From: Macrostomum lignano
Lineage: Eukaryota
Assembly (NCBI GenBank): GCA_002269645.1
Contig: NIVC01001658.1
Coordinates: forward strand, 62,001-126,000
Direction of reading: 5' to 3'
DNA length: 64,000 nt
Position 1 is the stretch's first letter; each line of letters starts with the position of its first letter. Position numbers and translations under genes: made by a program. The notes under the pieces were generated by a model, which did not search any database, was not told the origin of the DNA, and saw only the letters and a list, made by a program, of their open reading frames with translations. Below are positions 40,001 to 49,789 of this stretch, one piece after another.

Positions 40001-40726
40001 AGATTTTCTATGAGACTCTCCCTGAGATTCTCCATGAGACTCTCCCTGAGTTTCTCTATGAGACTCTCTCTGATATTCTCCATGAGACTCTCCCTGAGAT
40101 TCTCCATGAGACTCTCCCTGAGATTCCCCATGAAACTCTCCCTGAAATTCTCCATGAGACTCTCCCTGAGATTTTCTATGAGACTCTCCCTGAGATTCTC
40201 CATGAGACTCTCCCTGATATTCTCCATTCTCCCTGATATTCTCCATGAGACTCTCCCTGAGATTCTCCATGAGACTCTCCCTGAGATTCTCTCTGAGATT
40301 GTCCCTGAGATCCCAGCTGAGATTCTCCCTTGAGATTCTCCATGAGATTTTCCCTAAAATTACATCGAGATGCTTCCAGAGATTCTCCAAGAGACTCTCC
40401 CTGAGATTCTCGTTGAAATTTCGGATAATTCATCAATTCTTACTGAGGCTTTTGCATCTACTATTAATCAAAACAGCTTTATTATTACAGATTACAATGT
40501 AATTCTAAGAAACCGCCTCACTACCCTCCCGCACTGCCAGACCGAGGAGGCGACCCAATCGATAAAGATTGGCGAAGCCACCAGTTCGCCCAAGCCGGGT
40601 CCGAAGTCTCTCCTCGGCAGCATGGCCGGCTCATTTTCTTCACTTAGCAACGGCAAGCTGGCCACGTCGGGCCTGTCCTCCATCACCAGCAGTTTCTCAA
40701 ATTTTCTGCCAAAATCATCCAATTGA
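3421..40726 (+). CDS. CADPS: CAPS / calcium-dependent secretion activator (unc-31 orthologue), full gene span; 15 coding exons joined give 1380 aa
   Basis: All 14 junctions are GT-AG and phase-compatible; exon lengths sum to 4143 nt (1380 aa + stop). Recognisable CAPS motifs in order: [11 protein letters not shown]-terminus, [22 protein letters not shown]2 domain ([26 protein letters not shown]), PH domain (KKWKKRY..QVSQY), [22 protein letters not shown] region ([21 protein letters not shown]). Confidence 0.97.
4093..4997. repeat. Intron 1 minisatellite: 23-bp GTCACAACCAGACAGTCCGTAGC, changing to a 45-bp dimeric unit at ~4831-4997
   Basis: Read directly; about 32 copies of the 23-mer and 3.5 copies of the 45-mer. 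Confidence 0.95.
5052..5492 (+). CDS. CADPS: CAPS exon 2 (VTQSQLKQ...IMYNACQ)
   Basis: ttgcAG|gtg at 5050-51; cag|GTGAGT at 5493; 147 codons. Confidence 0.96.
5552..8802. repeat. Intron 2 minisatellite block A: 24-bp AGTCAGTGATGAGAATCGCCCTCA (28-bp variant with AATA)
   Basis: Read directly; includes a 580-bp internal duplication (the GAAGACAGTG variant at ~6771 and ~7351). Confidence 0.97.
9294..9995. repeat. 22-bp minisatellite CAGCTCAGAGGCTGAGAAATGG
   Basis: Read directly; about 32 copies. Confidence 0.95.
10414..11597. repeat. Intron 2 minisatellite block B: same 24-bp family, AGATCAGT variant dominant
   Basis: Read directly. Confidence 0.96.
13190..14110. repeat. 12-bp repeat GTGTCTGTC(T/C)TA
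   Basis: Read directly; a degenerate copy in the opposite orientation lies at ~46405-46635. Confidence 0.93.
14503..14583 (+). CDS. CADPS: CAPS exon 3 ([27 protein letters not shown])
   Basis: Long T tract then acAG at 14501-02; aag|GTGAGA at 14584; conserved LDN.DEQAAQ.RRELDGR. Confidence 0.96.
14644..15062. repeat. Intron 3 54-bp tandem repeat (GGCGGCAACATCAAAGGATTT...GGGCCGTTACAGAACC)
   Basis: Unit starts at 14644, 14698, 14752...; about 8 copies. Confidence 0.93.
15114..15359 (+). CDS. CADPS: CAPS exon 4 (NRKFPKF...HLNFSIE)
   Basis: ttgcAG at 15112-13; gag|GTTTGC at 15360; RKFPKFV...[13 protein letters not shown]. Confidence 0.95.
15385..15755. repeat. 21-bp minisatellite TTCACTGATTGAGGCGCCAAC
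   Basis: Read directly. Confidence 0.94.
16275..17690. repeat. 14/15-bp pyrimidine-rich repeat ATCCCTCATCTCCC
   Basis: Read directly. Confidence 0.96.
18212..18872. repeat. 20-bp minisatellite GGCGCCAAATTTAAGATCGA
   Basis: Read directly. Confidence 0.94.
18941..19174 (+). CDS. CADPS: CAPS exon 5, C2 domain (VVVSEVK...DRELGK)
   Basis: ctcaAG at 18939-40; aag|GTGAGG at 19175; 78 codons. Confidence 0.95.
19425..20050. repeat. Intron 5 21-bp minisatellite GATTAAAGGTGTTCTCAACGC
   Basis: Read directly; degenerate left edge. Confidence 0.94.
20266..20469 (+). CDS. CADPS: CAPS exon 6, end of C2 / start of PH (VLIRPT...YMCLIQ)
   Basis: cgcAG at 20264-65; cag|GTAATG at 20470; 68 codons. Confidence 0.96.
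20743..20997. repeat. 19-bp minisatellite GTAAACTGTACACTATAAT
   Basis: Read directly; about 13 copies. Confidence 0.95.
21850..22480. repeat. GGCGCCAAAA-core repeat: degenerate 27-31 bp units, then homogeneous 25-bp GGCGCCAAAACTTACTAGTCAGATT
   Basis: Read directly. Confidence 0.93.
22574..23223 (+). CDS. CADPS: CAPS exon 7, PH domain and following region (VSQYNFVM...SHVHGNR)
   Basis: ctgcAG at 22572-73; cg|GTTAGT at 23224 (phase 2); [34 protein letters not shown]. Confidence 0.96.
23275..23705. repeat. Intron 7 20-bp minisatellite GTGGCGCCAAACTCACCTCT
   Basis: Read directly. Confidence 0.92.
23774..23939 (+). CDS. CADPS: CAPS exon 8 (PDGIGTV...GTLSLLER); absent from the ORF track
   Basis: ttttAG at 23772-73 completes the Arg codon (cg|c); agg|GTGATT at 23940; [15 protein letters not shown]. 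Confidence 0.96.
24044..24167 (+). CDS. CADPS: CAPS exon 9 ([10 protein letters not shown]...SNIE)
   Basis: acAG at 24042-43; gaag|GTCTGT at 24168, phase 1. Confidence 0.93.
24168..25035. repeat. (TCTG)n/(TG)n microsatellite in intron 9
   Basis: Read directly; begins at the splice donor GT. Confidence 0.97.
25350..25456 (+). CDS. CADPS: CAPS exon 10 (EIVQSDV...QQNEEHHSE)
   Basis: cgcAG at 25348-49, phase 1 in; gag|GTAATG at 25457; conserved [11 protein letters not shown]. Confidence 0.94.
25577..25588 (+). CDS. CADPS: Candidate 12-nt CAPS microexon (ECRE)
   Basis: Pyrimidine tract ttttttctctcaaattttAG | GAG TGC AGA GAG | GTAAAC; phase 0/0; 120-nt upstream intron. Confidence 0.7.
26034..26328. 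mobile_element. Internally deleted copy of the same MITE family
   Basis: Shares CCAAGG...ACGTTTCTT...AGGAGGC...AAAATTGTTATTGCTTTTGAT with 59102-59260; terminal IR AAGGACAACT/AGTTGTCCTT; internal ~60-bp IR (about 26139-198 vs 26255-315). Confidence 0.6.
26813..34500. repeat. 7.7-kb AT-rich satellite, 20/21-bp TCAATCAAGTTGATAAAA(A)TG, in CAPS intron 10
   Basis: Read directly; roughly 370 units. Confidence 0.98.
34636..34647 (+). CDS. CADPS: Candidate second 12-nt CAPS microexon (RAKE)
   Basis: tatttctctttatttttttcctaaattaacaAG | CGC GCA AAA GAA | GTAAAG; phase 0/0; 152-nt downstream intron. Confidence 0.5.
34800..34956 (+). CDS. CADPS: CAPS exon 11 ([14 protein letters not shown]...NDYLRSD)
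   Basis: tttcAG at 34798-99; gatg|GTGAGC at 34957, phase 1; [14 protein letters not shown]. Confidence 0.96.
34982..35975. repeat. Pentanucleotide (CTCTA/CTCCA)n satellite in intron 11
   Basis: Read directly. Confidence 0.97.
36031..36479 (+). CDS. CADPS: CAPS exon 12, MUN region (ANLRSGKFH...GAGENM)
   Basis: aacAG at 36029-30; atg|GTGAGT at 36480; [27 protein letters not shown]. Confidence 0.96.
36582..38642. repeat. Intron 12 21-bp minisatellite GAGTGACACTATAAACATGTG
   Basis: Read directly; 448-bp internal duplication (36613 vs 37061). Confidence 0.96.
38665..38934 (+). CDS. CADPS: CAPS exon 13 (QHEYHTK...LSLFD)
   Basis: Tandem acceptor cTAGCAG (exon start 38665 or 38668); gat|GTGAGC at 38935; LARYDE..MFSSILS. 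Confidence 0.94.
38943..39260. repeat. Degenerate 30-bp repeat CCAAATCCCAATTCTAAAAATATCCCATTT in intron 13
   Basis: Read directly; about 10 diverged copies. Confidence 0.85.
39290..39484 (+). CDS. CADPS: CAPS exon 14 (SWYSRQ...LISRIQ)
   Basis: ttctAG at 39288-89; cag|GTTTGG at 39485; [12 protein letters not shown] corresponds to the conserved KK.Y.DF.LQGV. Confidence 0.93.
39535..40410. repeat. Intron 14 24-bp (2x12) minisatellite CTCCCTGAGATTCTCCATGAGACT
   Basis: Read directly. Confidence 0.95.
40541..40726 (+). CDS. CADPS: CAPS terminal exon 15 (TEEATQSI...PKSSN*)
   Basis: gccAG at 40539-40; TEEAT corresponds to the vertebrate T(V)EEAT motif; TGA 40724-26. Confidence 0.88.
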   Translation, partial: TEEATQSIKIGEATSSPKPGPKSLLGSMAGSFSSLSNGKLATSGLSSITSSFSNFLPKSSN

Positions 40727-40839
40727 TTTGAAATGTGCGATCGATAAGTTTTTTTCTGGCGTTGCTGACTTTATGATTTGATTTGCTTTTAGCAAGGTGC
40801 GTGGATTATAAACTTTTTTGAAGTATTGAATTGTGCAGA

Positions 40840-41645
40840 GTCTACCCCGACTACCCAATCGTCTACGCTGACTAGCTACCCAATAGACTACTTTGACTAC
40901 CCAATATTGTACTATGACTACCCAATAGTCTACCCTGACTTACCCAATAGTCTACCCTGACTTACCCAATAGTCTACCCTGACTACCTAATAGTCTACCC
41001 TGACTACCAAATAGTCTACTTTGACTACCCAATAGTCTACTTGACTACCCAATAGTCTACCCTGACTTACCCAATAGTCTACTTGACTACCTAAAAGTCT
41101 ACCCTGACTATCCAATAGTCTACTTTGACTACCCAATAGTCTACCCTGACTTACCCAATAGTCTACTTGACTACCAAATAGTCTACCCTGACTACCAAAT
41201 AGTCTACTTTGACTACCCAATAGTCTACCCTGACTTACCCAATAGTCTACTTGACTACCTAATAGTCTACCCTGACTACCAAATAGTCTACTTTGACTAC
41301 CCAATAGTCTACTTGACTACCCAATAGTCTACCCTGACTTACCCAATAGTCTACTTGACTACCTAAAAGTCTACCCTGACTATCCAATAGTCTACTTTGA
41401 CTACCCAATAGTCTACCCTGACTTATCCAATAGTCTACTTGACTACCAAATAGTCTACCCTGACTACCAAATAGTCTACTTTGACTACCCAATAGTCTAC
41501 TTGACTACCTAATAGTCTACCCTGACTACCCAATAGTCTACTTGACTACCTAAAAGTCTACCCTGACTATCCAATAGTCTACTTTGACTACCCAATAGTC
41601 TACCCTGACTACCCAATAGTTTACCCTGACTACTTAATAGTCTAC
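40840..41645. repeat. 19-21-bp minisatellite TGACTACCCAATAGTCTAC(CC) just downstream of the CAPS stop
   Basis: Read directly. Confidence 0.95.
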
Positions 41646-42734
41646 TGGGAAGTTGTCTAATGCCTTCTAAAATTAAGATGCTCTCAACAAATGCTACTCC
41701 AGCTCTACAATTATCACTTCACTATCCAATCCAATCTTTGACTTTATTTGATTAAACTATTTTTTTGCGCCTACAATTTTTTTTGTTTGTTTTTCGATTT
41801 CTTCAATCTTAACAAAGCAATGCGGCCTATTGACATGTTTTTACCCTCTACATAACATAGCATAGCTGATTTGGTAAGCTGGGGAAAGTATTTTCTCATG
41901 TTACCATGCAATACACTTCAAAATGTAGTTATCGCTCAGTTACATTGTGTTGTGACTCAAACTTCGGAATTTTTTCTATTGTAGCTCGTAGTTCGAGTTT
42001 TTTGTGCAATTTTGTGTCTGACACGGGTGAATTTTGATTTATGATTATTTTTGCTGGATCTTTGTTCATTTTTTGAGCAACTGTTGCGTTTTCTAAGAAA
42101 TGAAAGATTCGCTTTTGAGCAGCTCTGAATGTGGTGTAACAAAAGTATGTTGCTTGCATTCCCACCATGCTACTGACAGTTTGCCATTTCACAAGTAGCA
42201 TGATAAGGATATTGATACATTCAAATTTATTCAGTTTCAATTTCGCTTTTACAGTTTCAATAGAATTCCAATCGAGTTCTGCTACTATCAAGTAGCTGTT
42301 TGCAAATATCTACGTTGCAATAAAATATTCTAATTTGCCAGTGGGTTTTTTAATTCCTTGAGAATTGAAAGATTTATTTTTTGTTGTGGCTATCAATGTG
42401 AGTATTGTATTATTGCTGTTGTCATTTTGTTTAACCGTATTAAAAAGTGGCTGATTTGAATTTGGTTAAGTTATATTTTTGTCTGTGTTTTTTTACTGTT
42501 TTTTGGCAATAATATTACATGGTACAGTGATACATATAGAGCTGATAGTAGTAACATGAGTCCGTTTTTTGCATAAATTATATTGCTGCTGGCACTGCTC
42601 GAATATTTTATAGTATCGTGTCTTTTTGCTTTTTCTTGAATCTTTGGAGCTAAATTCAACTTAGAGAATGTTTTTAAGGTACGAGGTATAGGGTCAAGCT
42701 GTTAGATATGACGCCAAGTTGTTATGGGTGTTGA

Positions 42735-45365
42735 AACTAAACAGGGTGTTAGACACGACGCTAAACAGCGTGTTAAACACGACACTAAAAAGGTGTTAGA
42801 CACGGTGTTAATATGCGTTAGGCACGACGCTAAACAGGGTGTTAGACACGGTGTTAATATGTGTTAGACACGACGCTAAACAGGGTGTTAGACACGGCAT
42901 TAAACAGGGTGTTAGACACGACGCTAAACAGGGTGTTAGACACGACGCTAAACAGGATGTTAGACACGGAGCTAAACAGGGTCTTAGACACGACACTAAA
43001 CAGGATGTTAGACACGGAGCTAAACAGGGTCTTAGACACGACGCTAAACAGGGTGTTAGACACGACGCTAAACAGGGTGTTAGACACGGTTTTGAATATG
43101 TGTTAGACACTACGCTAAACAGGGTGTTAGACAGGGCACTAAACAGGGTGTTAGACGGGGTGTTAAATATGTATTAGACACGACGCTAAACAGGGTGTTA
43201 GATACGGTGCTAAACAGGGTGTTAGGCACTGCACTAAACAAGGTGTTAGACACGGTGTTAATATGAGTTAGACACGACGCTAAACAGGGTGTTAGACACG
43301 TCACTAAACAGTGTGTTAGACAAGGCACTAAACAGGGTGTTAGGCACGGCACTAAACAGGGTGTTAGAAACGGCACTAAGCAGGGTGTTAGACACGACGC
43401 TAAACAGGGTGTTAGACACGACGCTAAACAGGGTGTTAGACACGGCACTGAAAGGTGTTAGACACGACGCTAAACAGGGTGTTAGATACGGTGCTAAACA
43501 GGGTGTTAGGCACTGCACTAAACAAGGTGTTAGACACGGTGTTAATATGAGTTAGACACGACGCTAAACAGGGTGTTAGACACGTCACTAAACAGTGTGT
43601 TAGACAAGGCACTAAACAGGGTGTTAGGCACGGCACTAAACAGGGTGTTAGAAACGGCACTAAGCAGGGTGTTAGACACGACGCTAAACAGGGTGTTAGA
43701 CACGACGCTAAACAGGGTGTTAGACACGGCACTGAAAGGTGTTAGACACGACGCTAAACAGGGTGTTAGACACGGCACTGAAAGGTGTTAGACACGACGT
43801 TAAACAGGGTGTTAGGCACGGCACTAAACAGGGTGTTAGACGGGGTGTTAAATATGTATTAGACACGACGCTAAACAGGGTGTTAGACACGACGCTAAGC
43901 AGGGTGTTAGATACGGTGTTAAATATGTGTTAGACACGACGCTAAACAGGGTGTTAGACACGACGCTAAGCAGGGTGTTAGACACGGCACTAAACAGGGT
44001 GTTAGACACGACGCTAAACAGGGTGTTAGACAGGACGCTAAAAAGGGTGTTAGACACGGTGCTAAACAGGGTGTTAGGCACGGCACTAAACATGGTGTTA
44101 GACACGGTGCTAAACAGGGTGTTAGGCACGGCACTAAACAAGGTGTTAGACACGGTGTTAATATAAGTTAGACACGACGCTAAACAGGGTGTTAGGCACG
44201 GCACTAAACAGGGTGTTAGACGGGGTGGTAAATATGTATTAGACACGACGCTAAACAGGGTGTTAGACACGACGCTAAACAGGGTGTTAGACACGACGCT
44301 AAGCAGGGTGTTAGACACGGTGTTAAATATGTGTTAGACACGGCACTAAACAGGGTGTTAGACACGACGCTAAGTAAGGTGTTAGACACGACGCTAAACA
44401 GGGTGTTAGAAACGGCACTAAACAGTGTGTTAGACACGGCACTAAACAGTGTGTTAGACACGGCACTAAACAGGGTGTTAGGCACGGCACTAAACAGAGT
44501 GTTAGAAACGGACTAAACAGGGTGTTAGACACGACGCTAAACAGGATGTTAGACACGACGCTAAACAGGGTGTTAGACACAGGGTGCTAAACAGTGTGTT
44601 AGACACAGCACTAAACAGTGTGTTAGACACGGCACTAAACAGGGTGTTAGAAACTACGCTAAACAGTGTGTTAGACATGGCACTAAACAGTGTGTTAGAC
44701 ACGGCACTAAACAGGGTGTTAGGCACGGCACTAAACAGGGTGTTAGACACGGCACTAAGCAAAGTGTTAGACACGACGCTAAACAGGGTGTTAGACACAG
44801 GGTGCTAAACAGTGTGTTAGACACGGCACTAAACAGTGTGTTAGACACGGCACTAAACAGGGTGTTAGGCACGGCACTAAACAGGGTGTTAGAAACGGCA
44901 CTAAGCAGGGTGTTAGACACGACGCTAAACAGGGTGTTAGACACGACGCTAAGCAGGGTGTTAGACACAGGGTGCTAAACAGTGTGTTAGACACGGCACT
45001 AAACAGTGTGTTAGACACGGCACTAAACAGGGTGTTAGGCACAACACTAAACAGGGTGTTAGAAACGGCACTAAGCAGGGTGTTAGACACGACGCTAAAC
45101 AGGTGTTAGACACGACGCTAAGCAGGGTGTTAGACACGGCACTAAACAGGGTGTTAGAGACGGTGTTAAATATGTGTTGGACACGGCACTAAACAGGGTG
45201 TTAGAGACGGTGTTAAATATGTGTTGGACACGGCACTAAACAGGGTGTTAGACACGACGCTAAATAAGGTGTTAGACACGACGCTAAACAGGGTGTTAGA
45301 CACAGGGTGCTAAACAGGCTCTTAGACACGACAGTTAACGCGGCGCAAAACAGATGTTAGACACA
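42735..45365. repeat. Intergenic 24-bp minisatellite GTGTTAGACACGACGCTAAACAGG
   Basis: Read directly; about 110 units. Confidence 0.97.
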
Positions 45366-45726
45366 GCATATTAGCTTTATTTAGCGCCATCAGGCTTTAC
45401 ACACAGTTATATTTTCTGTTCTTATATGAAATTAATACTAGTACATACTGCTCTTCAAAGGCATTCATACTATAATTTCTGAATGAGTCAGTTCGTTCCC
45501 TGTTAAAATATTTTCTCGTAGAAGCGACACAATCAGACGCCACTGCAGTTTGGTGCTACTTTGAACACCAACCAGCGTTTTATGTAGCGGAATCTTGCAT
45601 GCCCTGCGCTAGGCTCAAGCTGAAGAGACTCTCTCATTTTTCCATGCGATTCGTCTTTTAACTGGGCTTGTGTTTTATTTCAGTAGACTACTATGAGATA
45701 AAGAAGGAAAGAAGGACAGGCACTCG

Positions 45727-45875
45727 GGACTGACACTAAGACTGACACTTAGTGCTGACACTAAGACTGACACTTAGTGCTGACACTAAGACTGACACTT
45801 AGTGCTGACACTAAGACTGACACTTAGGGCTTACACTAAGACTGACACTTAGTGCTGACACTAAGACTGACACTG
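45727..45875. repeat. 25-bp repeat GACACTAAGACTGACACTTAGTGCT
   Basis: Read directly; about 6 copies abutting the foldback element. Confidence 0.9.
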
Positions 45876-45880
45876 AAACA

Positions 45881-46395
45881 AGTATTGGTTTTGTCAGCCT
45901 AACTGAGAATAAAGCCATCCAAAGTGAGAATCCTGCCTACGCTGACTGCGAAGGGCCTGGCTGCGTGCAGCCTTAGTCTATGGGCCATAGACTATAAAGG
46001 ACAAGCAAAGTGATAAAAAGCCATCCAATGTGAGAATCCTGCCTACGCTGAATACGAAGGGCCTGGCTGCGTGCAGCCTTAGTCTATGGGCCATAGACTA
46101 TAAAGGACAAGCAAAGTGATAAAAAGCCATCCAATGTGAGAATCCTGCCTACGCTGAATACGAAGGGCCTAGCTGCGTCCAGCCTAGTCTATGAGCCATA
46201 GACTATAAAGGACAAGCAAAGTTTTAAAAGACCAATCGATTCTCACATTGGATGGCTTTTTATCACTTTGCTTGTCCTTTATTGTCTATGGCCCATAGAC
46301 TAAGGCTGCACGCAGCCAGGCCCTTCGCAGTAAGCGTAGGCAGGATTCTCACTTTGGATGGCTTTGTTCTCAGTTGGGCTGACAAAACCAATACT
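45881..46395. mobile_element. Foldback/MITE-like element with ~158-bp terminal inverted repeats built from a 106-bp subrepeat
   Basis: 45881-46038 is nearly the reverse complement of 46238-46395; the left part has 3 tandem 106-bp units; no clean TSD. Confidence 0.7.
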
Positions 46396-47091
46396 AAAAC
46401 AGAGTACAGACACTACATACAGACACTGCAGACAGTCACTAAAGAAAGACACTAAGACTGTCAGTAAGACACACCGAGACAGACACTAGGACAGACGCTA
46501 CAGACAGACACTGAAACAAACCCTACAGACGGATACAAAGACAGACACTGAGACAGACCGACACAGACAGACACTGAGACAGACCCTACAGACAGACCCT
46601 ACAGCAGACCCTACAGACAGACACTACAGACAGAAACATTTGTTGAAAATATTGCATGCTACCCGGCCTGCTTGTTAGCAGCATGCAGGCGCTGAGGCTG
46701 AAGTGTGTTAACCGAAGTGCAACTAAGAAGGATCAGAGAGAGAGAGAGAGAGAGAGAGAAAGGCAGGGCCGCAGCAACCAACCGATGAACCAACATGCAG
46801 AGCCAAGCCTGCAGCACTTCATCTTCGGACAGATTTTACCCCAGCTCTGACCCCTAGCGTACATGCAGACCATGCAGTCAACCAAAGCCAACCACCTCAA
46901 GCTGACGGGGGTTTACCAGCTTAGTTGCGATGGCATGTTGATAAATTGATGCTGCAGCATATTTCGGTAACCAGTCAGTCAGGAAGGTGCTTTAAATTCC
47001 TTAGCATTTTGCCGCACCCTCAGTCGGATTCAAGTTAAAGTGATTGTGAGAGGAAATCAATTCAAATAATTATTCTTGTTTTGAAACTGAG

Positions 47092-47180
47092 ATGGCCCAG
47101 CATCAACAGCATCAGCATCAGCAGCCGGCCCCGCCTCCGCCTCCACCAATTAGGACTACGGCGGAGCTGCAGCATCATAA
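47092..47180 (+). CDS. Orphan ATG-initiated exon-like segment (MAQHQQHQHQQPAPPPPPPIRTTAELQHH), partner exon unknown
   Basis: GC-rich, codon-like Q/H/P run ending at a consensus donor aa|GTGAGT (47181, phase 2). Confidence 0.4.
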
Positions 47181-47294
47181 GTGAGTTTTTGGGTTGACAT
47201 TCGATGGATCTGCTGTTATGGAGCGAAGTTTTTAGCTGTCTCGTTTTAATATCTATAATTTTACTTGTACATCAAGGTTTCATCTTCATGGCAA

Positions 47295-47585
47295 TCTCTG
47301 CCTACTCTCCTCTCTCCTCTGCATACTCTCCTCTGTCCTCTGCCTACTCTCCTCTGTCCTCTGCCTACTCTCCGCTGTCCTCTCCGTACTCTTCTCTCTC
47401 GTGTCCTAACTCTCCTCTCCTCTGCCCTATCTCCTCTCTCCTCTCTCCTCTGCATACTCTCCTCTCGTCTCTCCTCCCTTCTCTCTTCCCTCTCCGCTCT
47501 CCCCTCTCCTTTCACCCCTCACCTCTCTCCTCTCATCTCTCTCTCTTTTCTTCTCTCTTTCTTTCTCCTCCCTTCTCTCCTCTCT
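47295..47585. repeat. CT-rich degenerate 21-bp repeat
   Basis: CTCCTCTGTCCTCTGCCTACT-like units decaying into CT-rich low-complexity sequence. Confidence 0.75.
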
Positions 47586-47914
47586 ATCTTTTCGTCTCGT
47601 CTCTTATTCCCTATCACATTTTCACCTGTTTACACCTGTTATTCAAAATGACCTGGAACATTGCCAAACAATCTTTGACTAATATTTCAATTATAAAAGC
47701 TTGTGTGTCATGATTTGGTACATTAACTTTAACCATATTTTTATTGGCAAGGCCGCACAATCATTTGAACAAGCGATGAATATATAGATAATTCTGTAGG
47801 TGTAAACACAGCTTGCATGAAGTGTCAATGCAGTATACCTACAGGGTAATAAAACCTTTAACCTTAATAATATCGTTGGGCTTATATTTTGATATATTTT
47901 ATTGCTATATTTAG

Positions 47915-47980
47915 CGGTTTTAAGGAACTTCGGGTTTCCAGGGAATTTCGTGTTTCCAGGGAAACTGCACGCGGGTCTAA
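47915..47980 (+). mobile_element. Possible Helitron-like 3' end
   Basis: Hairpin GTTTCC-AG-GGAAAC followed by CGCGGGT...ATAG|T; the terminus is not a canonical CTAG. Confidence 0.2.
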
Positions 47981-48569
47981 GAATAGTCGGAACAACAAAT
48001 AAATATAATCAAGTATTTTTGAATTAAACAATATTTGCTTTGTTAAGATGCAAGTTTTAAAAAGCCTGCATAAAAACATTCTAGATTTTTAAGAATCTTT
48101 GAGTAAAATTTCACTGAAGCCTTTAAAAGCTTATCTAGCTTAGCAATGCTTGAGCTCTTTATTCCCTGTGCTTCAACTTGTTTCAATATCAGCTCAACTA
48201 TATCAAGTCTATTTAAAAGTATATTTTGCAAACCATTGAGCAATCGATCGGTGACAATGCCCTGCTCAGTACGTACGGAGTTTATTGATTGATTTGACCC
48301 CCAGAACAGGTGGCACCAAATGCATTTTTTTAAACGCGTGGGTGCTTTAAAGCTATTATACTAGTATTTTCATTTTTCGCTTTAGTTTCAGCATTGGATT
48401 GACATTTTATTAAAGTAGTACTACTAATAGTAGCTTTAATGGACATTACCTGCATATGCATCCCGTATTTATAGTGCTCACTAATTCTATACTCAAAATT
48501 GTAAAGTATCTAGGCGTAGAGTCCTAGAAAATTGTTTACATCTAATCGGAAATACATAAGTACATCAAT

Positions 48570-49350
48570 CAACCAATCAAAGACGCATTATCCCCAATCG
48601 AAGACACATTATCCCGAATCGAAGACACATAATCACCAATCAAAGACACATTATCACCAATCAAAGACGCATTATCCCCAATCAAATACACATTACTCCT
48701 AATCAAAGACACATAATCCTCAATCAAATACACATAATCATCAATCAAATACACATAATCATCAATCAAAGACACATTATCCCCAATCAAATACACATTA
48801 TTCCCAATCAAAGACACGTAATTCTCAATCAAAGACCCATTATCCCCAATCAAATACACATTATCCCCAATCAAAGACACGTAATTCTCAATCAAAGACA
48901 CATTATCCCCAATCGAAGACACATTATCCCCAATCGAAGACACATTATCCCCAATCAAAGACGCATTATCCCCAATCAAAGACGCATTATCCCCAATCAA
49001 ATACACATTACTCCCAATCAAAGACACATAATCCTCAATCAAATACACATAATCTTCAATCAAAGACACATTATCACCAATCAAAGACACATTATCCCCA
49101 ATCAAATACACATTATCCCCAATCAAAGACACATTATCCTCTATCAAATACACATTATCCCCAATCAAAGACACACTATCCTCTATCAAATACACATTAT
49201 CCCCAATCAAAGACACATTATCTCCAATCAAAGACACATTATCCCCAATCAAAGACACATTATCACCAATCAAAGACACATTATTCCCAATCAAAGACAC
49301 ATAATCCTCAATCAAAGACACATCCCCTAATTGAAGACACATTATCTCTC
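48570..49350. repeat. 21-bp minisatellite CCCCAATCAAAGACACATTAT
   Basis: Read directly. Confidence 0.94.
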
Positions 49351-49789
49351 ATCCAAGACACACACTATTCTGTCTGTTCTTCAGTCAAGATGTTGAGAAG
49401 CCCTCTTCAAAATGACTGCAGGCGCACAAGACTGTTATCAGACATCTTTCTCTCTATAATGTTGAAACGTGTAAGTTAATAATTAAAGTGGACAAAGTGA
49501 AGTATAGGAGCGAAAAAGAGATGGGATTCTGTTTGACTGTTAGAGATGTTGATAGGCTTCTTGAGGGGGCGAATGCTCTGGCTGGGATCACGTGATGCAA
49601 GCCCTCATCAATTCTAAGAGCCTGAAGCTCTATGTGAGTGGGTTATTCTGCTATTTCTTGAGTAATTTCTAAATCTGCATGTCAGATAATTATTGCCTCG
49701 AATCCCTTTTAATCTCTTGCTGAGACTATCGCGTTTAGAAACTACTTCTGCCTATCATGGCGGCTTCGGATATGCCCCAACTCTGTTGG

